Below are positions 9,832-20,600 of a stretch of DNA of 64,000 bases, one piece after another; the stretch's first letter is position 1, and every line of letters begins with the position of its first letter. The notes under the pieces were generated by a model, which saw nothing but the letters and a program-made list of their open reading frames with translations, made no database searches and was not told the DNA's origin. Where the stretch lies: positions 62,001 through 126,000 of the IMG/VR virus record IMGVR_UViG_3300047560_000921. One strand, given 5' to 3'. Position numbers and translations under genes: made by a program.

Positions 9832-9861
9832 TATTATACAATTAATTGGATTTATTGTCAA
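9832..9861 (-). promoter_or_regulatory. Early promoter repeat, copy 3
   Basis: Identical 30-mer to 9211-9240. Confidence 0.9.
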
Positions 9862-10024
9862 TAGCCCATTTCCCTTCAGGGCATCGGGTCTTTTTGAAGC
9901 TGGCTTTAGCAGGCAAGTAGCACCAGCACTTTTTACAAGTCCATGCAGCCTGCACAAAGAACGGACATGCAGTACACACATCCAAACGTCTTTGTTTTTC
10001 GGTAGCAGGGACTCTTTCAAGCAT
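9842..10024 (-). CDS. Small Cys-rich (probably Zn-binding) protein
   Basis: RLDVCTACP...CKKCWC...CPEGKW pattern; preceded by TAAATA. Confidence 0.65.
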   Translation of the reverse strand: MLERVPATEKQRRLDVCTACPFFVQAAWTCKKCWCYLPAKASFKKTRCPEGKWAIDNKSN

Positions 10025-10094
10025 ACACTATTTAATTGCTCGAAATTCATTTCGGTGTTATACTAGCGTTTTGACCACCCGCTTAAATATTACT

Positions 10095-10634
10095 ATGAGC
10101 AACGACACACTTGTATTGAACGCAGACTATCAACCTCTGTGCTTGGTTCCACTGAGCACTGTTGATTGGCAAACTGCTATTAAGGCCGTCTTCTCAGAGA
10201 AGGCTATTGTAATTAAAAACTATGACGACTGGGAAGTGCATAGTCAGCATCTGACGATTCCTGTCCCCAGCATCATTGTGGCTACAAAGTATGTCAACCC
10301 TAGCTTTGGCGTAGCGTTCAACCGTAAAATGGTTTACATGCGTGACGGCTACCGTTGCCAGTACTGCGGCGATGAGTTCCATGCCGACGACCTGACTTTT
10401 GACCACGTGATTCCGCGTAGCCAAGGCGGCGAAACTAACTGGGACAACATTGTAACGGCTTGCCGTACATGTAACTTCGTTAAAGGTACTGACCCAATGG
10501 AACCTTTGGTTGCACCACGTGCGCCAACGTATTGGGAAATGGCTAAACTTGCTCGTAAACAAACAATTTACATCAGGGACGAAGCGTGGAAGGAATACAT
10601 CCACTGGCCTGATGAGCTAGTAAGGGCCGCATGA
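10095..10634 (+). CDS. HNH endonuclease
   Basis: RDGYRCQYC...TFDHVIPRSQGG...WDNIVTACRTCN.VK; LVLNADY N-terminus; probable start ATG 10095. Confidence 0.9.
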   Translation: MSNDTLVLNADYQPLCLVPLSTVDWQTAIKAVFSEKAIVIKNYDDWEVHSQHLTIPVPSIIVATKYVNPSFGVAFNRKMVYMRDGYRCQYCGDEFHADDLTFDHVIPRSQGGETNWDNIVTACRTCNFVKGTDPMEPLVAPRAPTYWEMAKLARKQTIYIRDEAWKEYIHWPDELVRAA

Positions 10635-11335
10635 CAGTAGACGGAAAAGGTATAAGCCATAGTAGGAGTGCAGTAGATCCGGCAATTAGCAATTACGACA
10701 AACTAGTTGCGGAAACTGCGCTTCTTGGTATAGGCGATTTCGAACCGTTAGACTTCTTAGTTAACACTGCCCAGCTTGAACAAGAGCTGGCAGTGTTTTC
10801 TACTGACTGGGTCGATTACTTGCCGCGCACTGATAGGCCAAACAATCGCAAAGGCCTTAGCTTAACTACATTGGACATCGAAGGATGGGATCATCGTAGC
10901 TTGCCCAGCTTGCCTGAAGCCGCACAGGCCTTGGGTCGACCTGTTGGAGACAGTGCATTTACTAAACCCACTGCTCTATATGATGCTTGTGCTAGCTTGC
11001 ACCCATTGTTTGAAGAGTTCGCTCCCATTGGGCGTAGCTTTTTTGTTAAGTGTGGTACTGGTGGCTACTTTGTTCCCCATAGGGATAGCCCGGGATTCCC
11101 ACGTAGAGAATTTAGATTAGTATGCTTTGTTAAGAATGTTGCACCGTTACAGTATGACTGGTTAATGGATGATAGAAAAATTAACATTGAACAAGGCCGT
11201 GTATACTATGTGAACACGAAAAAGACGCATAGAACGATTAGCTGGACAGATGATAGCATCCACTTAATCATGAACATACCATTTACAGTTGCCAACGTCA
11301 ATAAGGTTATTGCCCATTTGCAACACAGACATTAA
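10631..11335 (+). CDS. AspH-like (aspartyl/asparaginyl beta-hydroxylase family) 2OG-Fe(II) oxygenase
   Basis: GGYFVPHRD (HxD)...GRVYYVNTKKTH...IHLI. Confidence 0.7.
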   Translation: MTVDGKGISHSRSAVDPAISNYDKLVAETALLGIGDFEPLDFLVNTAQLEQELAVFSTDWVDYLPRTDRPNNRKGLSLTTLDIEGWDHRSLPSLPEAAQALGRPVGDSAFTKPTALYDACASLHPLFEEFAPIGRSFFVKCGTGGYFVPHRDSPGFPRREFRLVCFVKNVAPLQYDWLMDDRKINIEQGRVYYVNTKKTHRTISWTDDSIHLIMNIPFTVANVNKVIAHLQHRH

Positions 11336-11970
11336 TGCTTATTACATGCGGACCTGCCAACGACCGTAGGACGTTTAATATATACATTCCTGAGTGGCCA
11401 AAGAAGATTGGTGTAACAGTTAGTGGCGGCATGGACAGTGCAATACTGTTATACCTTGTAGCAAAACTAAACAAAGAGTCGGCACACCCTAAGGAATTAA
11501 TTCCTTTTACAGTACCTCGTACGGACGGTGCTTACCGTTACAGTCCTGATATTGTGCAATATGTTAATAGGGTGTTAGATTTAAACTTACCTGCACCTAT
11601 CGCCATCGGCGATCCAACAGTACATCACAGCAAGCAGGTGGAAACAGGTACAGTGGCCATGCTAGACAATGGCATTGTGGATTATATATTTTACGGTAGC
11701 CAACAAACTCCGCCAAAGACTTGGCCCATGCCCGGGCTATATCCAGAACGCCCTACACACAACAAGTATAAACGTGCCCAAGTGCCCTTTGTGGACTTAG
11801 ACAAGCGTCATACTACCGAGTTGTACTATCAGTTCGGGCAAGAAGATTTATTGGAACTTAGTCACAGTTGTACAGAGAAACAAGTGGGCAGATGCGGACA
11901 ATGCTTTCAATGTGCAGAACGTCATTGGGCTTTTACACAATTAACCAAACGAGATCCAGGTATACAGTAA
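11335..11970 (+). CDS. QueC-like PP-loop ATP pyrophosphatase with Zn-binding C-terminus
   Basis: SGGMDS PP-loop; SC-x7-CGQCFQC-AER; lacks the canonical YGQ motif of QueC. Confidence 0.7.
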   Translation: MLITCGPANDRRTFNIYIPEWPKKIGVTVSGGMDSAILLYLVAKLNKESAHPKELIPFTVPRTDGAYRYSPDIVQYVNRVLDLNLPAPIAIGDPTVHHSKQVETGTVAMLDNGIVDYIFYGSQQTPPKTWPMPGLYPERPTHNKYKRAQVPFVDLDKRHTTELYYQFGQEDLLELSHSCTEKQVGRCGQCFQCAERHWAFTQLTKRDPGIQ

Positions 11971-12653
11971 TGGCTTACTTTTTAGAAAATGCTGTAGATT
12001 TATATACTCGCACCCAGTTGCTAATGGAGCACAGGGCCGCAGGATATAAAGAAGAACTAAAAGACTACGACCCTAACAGCTATGCACAGTACAAGGGCAG
12101 GTACTTTAGTAACTTAACACCTAAGGTGCTGGAGATTATCACGCCTATTATTGATAAAGAGTTAGGCGAAGGCACTTGGAAGATAGACAGCGGCAACTTC
12201 TTCGACACTAAAGTGCCGTATAGAATACACACTGACACAGGATTGCCTGATGTAAGTCCATGGAAAACGTTTGTATTCCCACTTAAAGTATTTGCTGGCA
12301 CTGACTATGACCCAAGTAAAAATGCTTTGTACGTACTAAACCAACGTTGGTATGGACCTGCGGCATTCTTTGTTAAAGGTAGCACAGATGTTGAAGAAGA
12401 ATACAACAAAGTGGTAACTGATTACCGGGATGTTGCAGAACTATGTACGGGATTCGACGAAGACTTAGTTGCAGATTGCAGTCACTTGCCTCGTAGTAAC
12501 TTTGAAGGCCTTACAGTCAAACAACGTTTTGATTGGAAACCAGGAAATGTATTAGTGTTTGACCGCAGGCACTTGCATGTTGCTAGTAACTTTTTACGAG
12601 CTGGCGCTCATGGTAAGATTGGGCTCAGCGTGTTTACTAGTGCGATAGAATAA
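11970..12653 (+). CDS. Putative 2OG-Fe(II) oxygenase
   Basis: IHTD (HxD)...WKPGNVLVFDRRHLH...KIGL; start ATG overlaps the previous stop. Confidence 0.6.
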   Translation: MAYFLENAVDLYTRTQLLMEHRAAGYKEELKDYDPNSYAQYKGRYFSNLTPKVLEIITPIIDKELGEGTWKIDSGNFFDTKVPYRIHTDTGLPDVSPWKTFVFPLKVFAGTDYDPSKNALYVLNQRWYGPAAFFVKGSTDVEEEYNKVVTDYRDVAELCTGFDEDLVADCSHLPRSNFEGLTVKQRFDWKPGNVLVFDRRHLHVASNFLRAGAHGKIGLSVFTSAIE

Positions 12654-12655
12654 CA

Positions 12656-13306
12656 TTACTTTAACATTTTGTTAAGTTGCGGAGTGGCACCGACGAGTTC
12701 TTGACATACATTTAGATACGCTATTTCCTGTGGTTTGTGTGTAGTTGACGGCATGTCATATTCTTTGCCACATACCGTTACTTTAACTGTGGTAATTTCG
12801 CACGGCTTTGCCCAAAGGCTAACTTCGGCACCGCCTAATATTGCTTCTCTTAGAGAATCGCGGATAACAACGTCGGTGTCGTCGCGTTGTCCGTTTGGTC
12901 TTGCTTTTCTACCATGCGAAGATAATCGACCAAACCTAGACTCTGTGCCCGTGCCTGGCTGATCATTGAATGCCGTTTGTTTCCTACGAACTCCCAATGG
13001 CTTTTCCGTTTCGCCAATTTTAACAACAGCTCCGTTAACTACAATAAAATACACCCACGATGTATGAGAAGAAAACATTGAATTGAAGTTAATGTTAATA
13101 TATCTCCAAAAGTTTTTAGTTAGATCTTTAATTTTAACATTACAGATATGTTTGAACCCATCTGGAATAAAATAGTCTATGTGTACATTAAGTTTGTTAG
13201 GATTTAGGTATTTCCCGCAAATTGCAGAATCGAGTAATGTAGTAACCGAAGTCACCGCCTCGCTCGGTTCTTTTTCGATAATATCAAATAACCTATTGAA
13301 CGACAT
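12656..13306 (-). CDS. GIY-YIG-like nuclease
   Basis: WVYFI....VVKIGET, a later R and E, and C-terminal PQLN. Confidence 0.5.
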   Translation of the reverse strand: MSFNRLFDIIEKEPSEAVTSVTTLLDSAICGKYLNPNKLNVHIDYFIPDGFKHICNVKIKDLTKNFWRYININFNSMFSSHTSWVYFIVVNGAVVKIGETEKPLGVRRKQTAFNDQPGTGTESRFGRLSSHGRKARPNGQRDDTDVVIRDSLREAILGGAEVSLWAKPCEITTVKVTVCGKEYDMPSTTHKPQEIAYLNVCQELVGATPQLNKMLK

Positions 13307-13307
13307 A

Positions 13308-13709
13308 TTAACCTCTCCGCATACGGCTGATTTCTACAGCCTCTTCATCACTGAACACAGGAACTGCATTGCTCTTGTGCATGGTCGCGATACCTTTAAC
13401 TTTGGTACCGGTATAGACTTTTGGCGCGGCCATAGTAGCTACACCGTTGTCTTGCCCCAAACTTTTGATGTGTTGGGTAGTTTCTCGGCCTGGCGGCGGC
13501 TTGAGTGAATAAGTGCTAGTCAGAGGAGCCGCTTCCATTGCACGTTTGCGCCGTTTATCTTCTGCCGTAATGCCGTAAGACTTTTTAAGTTCGGTCCAGC
13601 TAGCATCAAGTGCTTCTGCTCTGCGCTTGGCTTCTGCGCTTGCAAACTTACGTTTACCTTTTTTCTTGCCAGTGGTACTGAGACTGGGGTGTGCAAGGTG
13701 CATGGTCAT
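13308..13709 (-). CDS. Conserved basic phage protein
   Basis: YTGTKVKGIATMHKSNAVPVF motif typical of T4-like phages; GGAG RBS. Confidence 0.75.
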   Translation of the reverse strand: MTMHLAHPSLSTTGKKKGKRKFASAEAKRRAEALDASWTELKKSYGITAEDKRRKRAMEAAPLTSTYSLKPPPGRETTQHIKSLGQDNGVATMAAPKVYTGTKVKGIATMHKSNAVPVFSDEEAVEISRMRRG

Positions 13710-13740
13710 AAAAATCTCCAGAAAATTGCCAAATAAATAC

Positions 13741-13770
13741 TATTTTACAATAAATCATTATTCATGTCAA
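13741..13770 (-). promoter_or_regulatory. sigma70-type early promoter variant
   Basis: TTGACA-N17-TAAAAT. Confidence 0.7.
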
Positions 13771-14006
13771 CCGATTTAAACAAAGGATATCAATGCGGAC
13801 CCAAGGACTGCGCCATTATTATTAAAGAAAATGGCCAGCTAGATTTTATCTACCCTAGCCTAACAAACAGCATTGAGTTGCCGAAAAATGTAGAGTTCTT
13901 CAAAGAGGTTATTAAGCTAATTAATACCCAAATGCTCAACGACGACAACATTTCGGATTTACTTGACAAGATTGAAGTACAACGAGCAAAGCCTACTTTG
14001 CATTAA
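13764..14006 (+). CDS. Hypothetical protein
   Basis: 80-aa ORF filling the gap; TAAATA upstream. Confidence 0.55.
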   Translation: MSTDLNKGYQCGPKDCAIIIKENGQLDFIYPSLTNSIELPKNVEFFKEVIKLINTQMLNDDNISDLLDKIEVQRAKPTLH

Positions 14007-14038
14007 GTATGTAGTTTATTTTACTGGTAAATATTAGT

Positions 14039-14404
14039 ATGGCAACATTAACATATAAAGGCTTTACAACACAAAATGACGCACTAAAAGCGTATGATGT
14101 TGACCTAGCCAAGCAGGACTTAATGAATCATTTCATGACTCGCAAAGGCGAGCGTGTTATGGCTCCTGAATTTGGTACGAACATTTGGGAACTGTTATTT
14201 GATCCGTTAACTCCAGAATTACAAAACTACATTAAACGTGAGTGCGAAATGATTGTTGCACAGGATATTAGATTTCAGTACATGGGTACAGAAGTAATTC
14301 AAATGCCCAGCGGTTTCACACTAGTAATAAGATTGATATATTTGCCAGATAACTTAGTAACAGATTTACAAGTAGAATTTGATGCTAATTCGGCAATACA
14401 ATAA
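14039..14404 (+). CDS. Baseplate wedge subunit gp25-like
   Basis: T.KGERVM.PEFGT.IW.LLFDP motif. Confidence 0.9.
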   Translation: MATLTYKGFTTQNDALKAYDVDLAKQDLMNHFMTRKGERVMAPEFGTNIWELLFDPLTPELQNYIKRECEMIVAQDIRFQYMGTEVIQMPSGFTLVIRLIYLPDNLVTDLQVEFDANSAIQ

Positions 14405-14413
14405 GGTTAAGCA

Positions 14414-17400
14414 ATGACTCAAACTATCAGACAAGAAAATTTATTTGCCGCAGAGAACTGGCAAAGTGTATATCAGAGTTTTAGAAACGCTGATTTCAAA
14501 GCCTACGATTTCGACACATTGCGTTCGGCAATGATTGATTATATTCGTACCAACTATCCAGAAGATTTCAACGACTGGATCCAGTCCAGCGAATTTGTTG
14601 CCCTTATTGACTTAGTTGCCTTCTTAGGACAAAACTTAGGTTTTCGTATTGACTTAAACAGTCGTGAAAACTTCATCGACACAGCAGAGCGTAAGGAAAA
14701 CGTATTACGTCTTGCTCGTTTCTTAAGCTACAACCCTAAGCGTAACATTGCCGCACAGGGTTTGATGAAAATTAAAGCCATTAAGACTACAGAAAACGTC
14801 TTGGATAACACAGGCAATAACTTAGCTAACAAAACAATTCAATGGGCAGGTGTAAACGACCCTGATAGCTTTGAAAAGTTTATTACTATTATGAATAGTG
14901 CGTTCAGCACTAACCATTTGTTTGGCAATCCCATTAAAGCAGGTACAGTCGGTGGCGTGACTAGCCACTTGTACAGTTTAAACAGTATTCCAGACCAGCA
15001 AGTTGCAATCAGCTACACTGCATCTGTTGCAGGTGTTAGCAGTAACTTTGAAATTTGTAACAGTGACTTTGCCGACTTGGGTTACTATGAAGAAGCAACA
15101 CCAGATCCAATGTCTGCGTTTAACTTGTTGTACCGCAATGACGGAACAGGTAATACTAGCGCCAACACTGGCTTCTTTGTTACATTCAAACAAGGCCAAT
15201 TAAACAAAAACGATTACCAACTTAACGATTACATTGAAAACCGTGTGTTAGACATTGACATTGAAAACATCAATGAGCAAGACGTTTACGTACAAACAAT
15301 TAACGAAGATGGTAGCGTTGTAACTAACTGGAAAAATGTGCCTAACCTAGTAGGCAACAACGTAATTTATAACAGTTACAGTCTTGGTGAGCGTAAGATT
15401 TGTAGCATTATTACTCGCGACAGTGATAAGATTAGTATTAAGTTTGGTGATGGCTACTTCAGTGATGTACCGCGTGGTATTATCCGTGTTTGGAGTCGTA
15501 CTAGCAATGGCTTAACATATACAATTCGTCCCGATGACATGAAAAACATCACTTGGGATATTGCATACTACGACAAAGTTGGTAAGAAGCAGTTCTTGAC
15601 ATTGATTGCTGACTTAGAATATAACGTAAACAATAGCACACCGTCCGAAAGCATTGACAGTGTTCGTGCTAACGCACCTAGTGCATACTACAGCCAGGAC
15701 CGCATGGTCACAGGCCAAGACTATAGCGTATATCCATTAACACAAAGCTCTAACATCTTAAAGATTAAAGCGGTTAATAGGATTCACAGCGGCTTTAGCA
15801 GATATACTAACGTAACTGATCCAACTGGAACTAACCAAAGTTTGGATATCTTCAGCGATGATGGTTATGTTTACAAAGACGAGTTCTATACAACCAATTA
15901 CTATACAGTTAGCAACAATTACTTTTTGCGTAACTTAATCACCGAACACATCTCTGGGGCATTTACACAACCTGAAGTTGTTAACATGTTCTACAGCATC
16001 TTCCCTGCAATCACATACAGTGAAATTACAGGAAGCCCTACTTCTGTGGCATGGAACCGTGCCACAATTAACAGCGGCACAAGTACTGGTTACTTTACGG
16101 GAATCCCACAAAGTGGCACAACTGCCGAAGTTATTAAAGTAGGATCGGCTACTACTGGTCTATTGCGTTTATTGCAACAAGGATCCTTGATAGAGTTTGA
16201 CAGTGCAGGCACAAAAACATGGGCCGCAATTACTAACGTATATGGCAATGGCCTGGGCGAACAGGATTTAAACGGCGTCGACACTGGCAAAAAGCTAGAC
16301 GGCTCAGGCACTGTAGCACTAAGCAAAAACATCAAGTCTGCTAGCACTATTTCTAGAATCATTCCTAGATTTAAGCAAGAGTTCAGTGCAACTGAGTACG
16401 GATTAATCTTCGACTTGCTAGTGGCCAAAAACACTTTTGGTATCCGTTACGATTACCTAACACAAACTTACAAAATTGTAAGCCAAAACAACTTAGGATC
16501 TAGTACATTTTACAGCACTGAGTTTGCCGGAGACACTAGTGAGCTAAACAAAGACAACAGCTGGCTGATTAAAGTAACTTACGAAAACGGACAGTATGTA
16601 GTAGTTAATAAAGCTATTCGTTACATTGTCGGTAGCGAAAACAAAGTACGTTTCTTCAATGAAAACTTTAAGAAGGCACTTAACAACGAAACAACTAAAG
16701 TAGAACGCGACAGTATCTACTTCTTGCAAACAAACACCAATGCTGAAGGCACAGGTATTCTAGGCAAGAAGGCAGAGTTCAAGAGCGACAAGTATTTCAT
16801 TGGCGCAGACAGTTATACAGACAACACCAAGTTGGTAGTAGCAGTGTCTGACGACAACAGTGACTTCTTACCCGACGATCCATATGTATTTGAACGCCTA
16901 GTAGGCTCTAACCAAATTAAAGTTGACTACACAACAGTTAACGGAATTACATTCCAACAAGCATATGGCGACGATTATGAAGACACTGCAACAACACAAT
17001 ATGTAACTGGACGTAAAGACTTGTACATGCAATGGCATCATGTTGCTGAAAGCAATCAGCGTATTGATCCAAGTACAATTAACATTATCGACTTGTTTGT
17101 ACTGACTAGCGACTACGATTTAACATATCGTCGTTGGTTAAAGAACGGCGGCAAAATACAGGACATGCCGCTTCCTCCAACACCGCAGGAATTGTATCAA
17201 AACTTTGCCGCGTTGGAAGAAGTTAAGACTAGTAGCGATACTATTGTATATCGTCCTGCCAAGTACAAGTTGCTATTTGGAAATCATGCAGACAAAGAAC
17301 TAGTTGGCAAATTTAAAGTTATTAAGATGCCAGGTACAGCAATGACAGACAACGAAATAAAGAGTAAAGTACTAACAGCCATTGATGAATTTTTCTCTAT

Positions 17401-17641
17401 TATCAACTGGACATTTGGTGAGACATTTTATTTCACTGAACTTGCGGCTTACATTCACACTAAGCTGGCAGGATCAATTAGCTCTGTGGTATTAGTACCA
17501 CAAGGCACAAGTACAACATTTGGCGACCTGTTCCAAGTTAGCAGTGGCGCAAATGAATTGTTCATAAGTAGTGCAACAGTAGATGACATTGATATTATCA
17601 CTCAACTAACTGATGTTAATTTAAAACAGATTAAGGGTTAA
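14414..17641 (+). CDS. Baseplate wedge subunit gp6-like
   Basis: YDFDTLR, ENFIDTA, IKFGDG, QDRMVTGQDY motifs. Confidence 0.85.
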   Translation: MTQTIRQENLFAAENWQSVYQSFRNADFKAYDFDTLRSAMIDYIRTNYPEDFNDWIQSSEFVALIDLVAFLGQNLGFRIDLNSRENFIDTAERKENVLRLARFLSYNPKRNIAAQGLMKIKAIKTTENVLDNTGNNLANKTIQWAGVNDPDSFEKFITIMNSAFSTNHLFGNPIKAGTVGGVTSHLYSLNSIPDQQVAISYTASVAGVSSNFEICNSDFADLGYYEEATPDPMSAFNLLYRNDGTGNTSANTGFFVTFKQGQLNKNDYQLNDYIENRVLDIDIENINEQDVYVQTINEDGSVVTNWKNVPNLVGNNVIYNSYSLGERKICSIITRDSDKISIKFGDGYFSDVPRGIIRVWSRTSNGLTYTIRPDDMKNITWDIAYYDKVGKKQFLTLIADLEYNVNNSTPSESIDSVRANAPSAYYSQDRMVTGQDYSVYPLTQSSNILKIKAVNRIHSGFSRYTNVTDPTGTNQSLDIFSDDGYVYKDEFYTTNYYTVSNNYFLRNLITEHISGAFTQPEVVNMFYSIFPAITYSEITGSPTSVAWNRATINSGTSTGYFTGIPQSGTTAEVIKVGSATTGLLRLLQQGSLIEFDSAGTKTWAAITNVYGNGLGEQDLNGVDTGKKLDGSGTVALSKNIKSASTISRIIPRFKQEFSATEYGLIFDLLVAKNTFGIRYDYLTQTYKIVSQNNLGSSTFYSTEFAGDTSELNKDNSWLIKVTYENGQYVVVNKAIRYIVGSENKVRFFNENFKKALNNETTKVERDSIYFLQTNTNAEGTGILGKKAEFKSDKYFIGADSYTDNTKLVVAVSDDNSDFLPDDPYVFERLVGSNQIKVDYTTVNGITFQQAYGDDYEDTATTQYVTGRKDLYMQWHHVAESNQRIDPSTINIIDLFVLTSDYDLTYRRWLKNGGKIQDMPLPPTPQELYQNFAALEEVKTSSDTIVYRPAKYKLLFGNHADKELVGKFKVIKMPGTAMTDNEIKSKVLTAIDEFFSIINWTFGETFYFTELAAYIHTKLAGSISSVVLVPQGTSTTFGDLFQVSSGANELFISSATVDDIDIITQLTDVNLKQIKG

Positions 17642-17642
17642 G

Positions 17643-20600
17643 ATGGCAGAAAAAAAGAATTTCTCCGCACAGCCAGTAGTAGCTAGCAAGAACACAGTAC
17701 CTGGGGAAGCATCAGGTAATGAAATATTACAAACAAGTAATTTCTTGCCCGGCTATTTCCGTACGGATACTAACGTAAAGTTTTTATCTACTACACTAGA
17801 CAAGCTAGTAAGCAAAGGCACGCCTGAAGATATTAACTTGTATGTAGGTAAGAAGAGTGGTACAGTATATCGTCCTACTAAAGACTTTTACTTAGAAGAA
17901 AACAGATCCATTAGAGCAGACTATCAGTTAGAGCCAGGTGTTGTGTTTAAAGACATTGACGGCACTATCACTAACGCACTGGCCTATGACGATTTTATGG
18001 ATCAGTTAAAACTTAACTGGTCGAAGACTAAACCCGACTACTTGGACAGCGAGTACTACATTTGGAATCCTCCAATTGATACTGACATGTTTACTAACTT
18101 TACTAGTTACTACTGGTTAAAGTTTGATCCATTACCTATTCAGTTAGAAGGCACAATTAACGTAACTACCGATATCATTGGCAAGTTGCAGTACACTACT
18201 CCTGTACAACCAAACGGAAAAACACTTACATTCCATAACGGCATGAAAGTGTACTTTATTAACAAGAACGCTATCACTAGTTTTAGTGGCCAAAACCCAG
18301 GTACGGGTTACACTAATGGCTACTATGCAGGTGTAACACTAGTTGGACAAACTGAAGATGTCACTGGCGCAGGTGTTAAGGTTAACTTAACAGTTGCAGG
18401 CGGAGCAGTAACCGAAGTTGAATTAGTAGAAGGTGGCCAAGGATATAAAGTTGGCGACATGCTACGTTGTGGCCCAAATATTATAGGTGCAGGAACTAAC
18501 TTCTCTGTAACAGTAACAGCAATTACAGCACCGACAGTGACTCCAAGTGAATATGTTAGCGATCCTGATCCGCTAGCTGATCCAACTTACTTTATTGTTA
18601 GTGGCGTTGGTGACAGCATCAAACTAGTACCTAGCGCACATTTAGATGCACGTACTCCTTATACCATGTTGGCTTATGTACCATGGGATGGAGTAAACTG
18701 GGATCGTAAAAAGTGGGACACTAGCGAGCCAGCACCGATTCAAAAAGAATATATTGTAATGGAACGCGGCGCCAAGGATCAAAACCCATGGAGCAGAACT
18801 AACAAGTGGTATCATGTAGATGCAGTTAAGGCAGTGTGTGAGTTCTTGGATGTTAACAGTGCTGACTACTTAAAGATTGACCAACGTGCTGCCCGCCCTA
18901 TTGTACAATTTAATTGCAACATTGAATTGTTTAACTACGGTAAGAACCCTATTACACCTGTTGACTTAGTTATTGATGGTATTGCACCTAGCACAATTAC
19001 TAGCGAAACCGCATACACTGTTGACGGTATAACTCTTAAGAATGATTACAGAGTGGTGTTTATCAACGGCAACAATACTTACAACAATAAGATTTTCCGT
19101 GTTACTGGTGTAGGTACTGGCATCAGCTTTATTGCAGAACCGGACAACATTCCTAGTGCAGACGACAAAGTATTTGTACTTCGTGGTAGCACATACATCT
19201 ATAGAGAAATGTGGTTTGACGGATTCAATTGGCTATTGGGACAAAACAAAACTAAGCGTGACCAATTCCCGCTATTCACATTGTATGACAAAAATGCTGT
19301 GGGCATTGGCAATACAGCAGAGTATCCAGATAGCGACTTTGCCGGAAATACATTGTTCCAGTATCAAATTGGTACAGTCTACGACAACGAGTTAGGCTTT
19401 AACATTGCCTACGAAAGCACAAACTTTGACATCATTGATAATGCTAGTCCGTTTGCAAAAACATTTACTAACATTGTATTTGACGTAACACAACACAACC
19501 CTATCTATTATAAAGATACATTGGGTTTACGTAGTCAAATTGCTGGCAACTACTACTACCAGTACTGGGATGAAAAATTAGGACGTTACAACCAAAGCAA
19601 TGGTTGGGTTAAGAACAGTGAGCCTCCAAAGACTTACCAACGTATCAGTAAAACAGTTAACAACAAGTTAACAGACAACGTTGTTACAATTCCATTAGAC
19701 AGCACACCTAGCTATAGCTTTATGTTAACACAAGAGTACGGCCAAGCTGTATTTTGGTGCCTAAGTAAAAATGGCGAATGGGAAAGATTCGACCCAGTTA
19801 CTAACACGCTAGTAGTGCCACACATGGACACAGCAACAGTGCTTAACATGTCGGGTCTACCGTTGACATTTGTCGACGACGATAACAATCCTGATTTAAC
19901 TATTGTAACTAACAACGGCGCATCGTCCGGGGTGATTGAAATTACTTGTTTAGATAAAGTCAACTTGCGTTACACATTTAACGGCCAAGTTGGACAAGTA
20001 ATTGTCACTGATACGTATAACGATCCTCGCAGTTTCCTTGTACGTATTAATGGTTACGACAAAACAGTTGGATTTACCTACGATGTAAACAACGGTGCAA
20101 TCGACGTTACGGTTGACAGCACAGTGTTAAAAACCGGCGACATCATCGAGATTTTATTTGAAAGCTCGTTAGAGTGGGGCACGTATGCAGTACACAATAC
20201 TATAGAAGCAAACGCAAACAACGAAACGTTTATGAGCGTGGGCTACAACCAAGTATTCAACCACTTCAAGAGCAAACTACTAAGCACATATGGCTTAGAA
20301 GGGGAAGGCTATGGTAAAAACAACTACTACAACATTCACAAAAATGCTGGCGCTGGTTGGGTAATCCAACAACAAGAAAACAGCTCATTGAAGTTGGCCG
20401 CACTATTGCGCTTGAATGAAACTAACCCTATCAACGTATTGCGTTTTGGTGCAGAACAGTCTAAGATTTTTAGACAAAAGTTCCTACAAAAGATTTCTGT
20501 ATTAGTAACAGAAGTGGACGTTGTTGAGTTAACTACAGCAGAGTTATTAGATAAAGCGTTGACAGATATCAACGTAGGTAAGAGTCACGACTTTACTCAT

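Noticed and set aside
9211-9861. 30-bp direct repeats as a CRISPR array
   Set aside because: The spacers are 250-310 bp and contain genes; the repeat is a perfect -35/-10 promoter; no cas genes
11335-11970. Assigning the gene symbol queC
   Set aside because: It lacks the YGQ motif and is not next to other que genes; left as QueC-like
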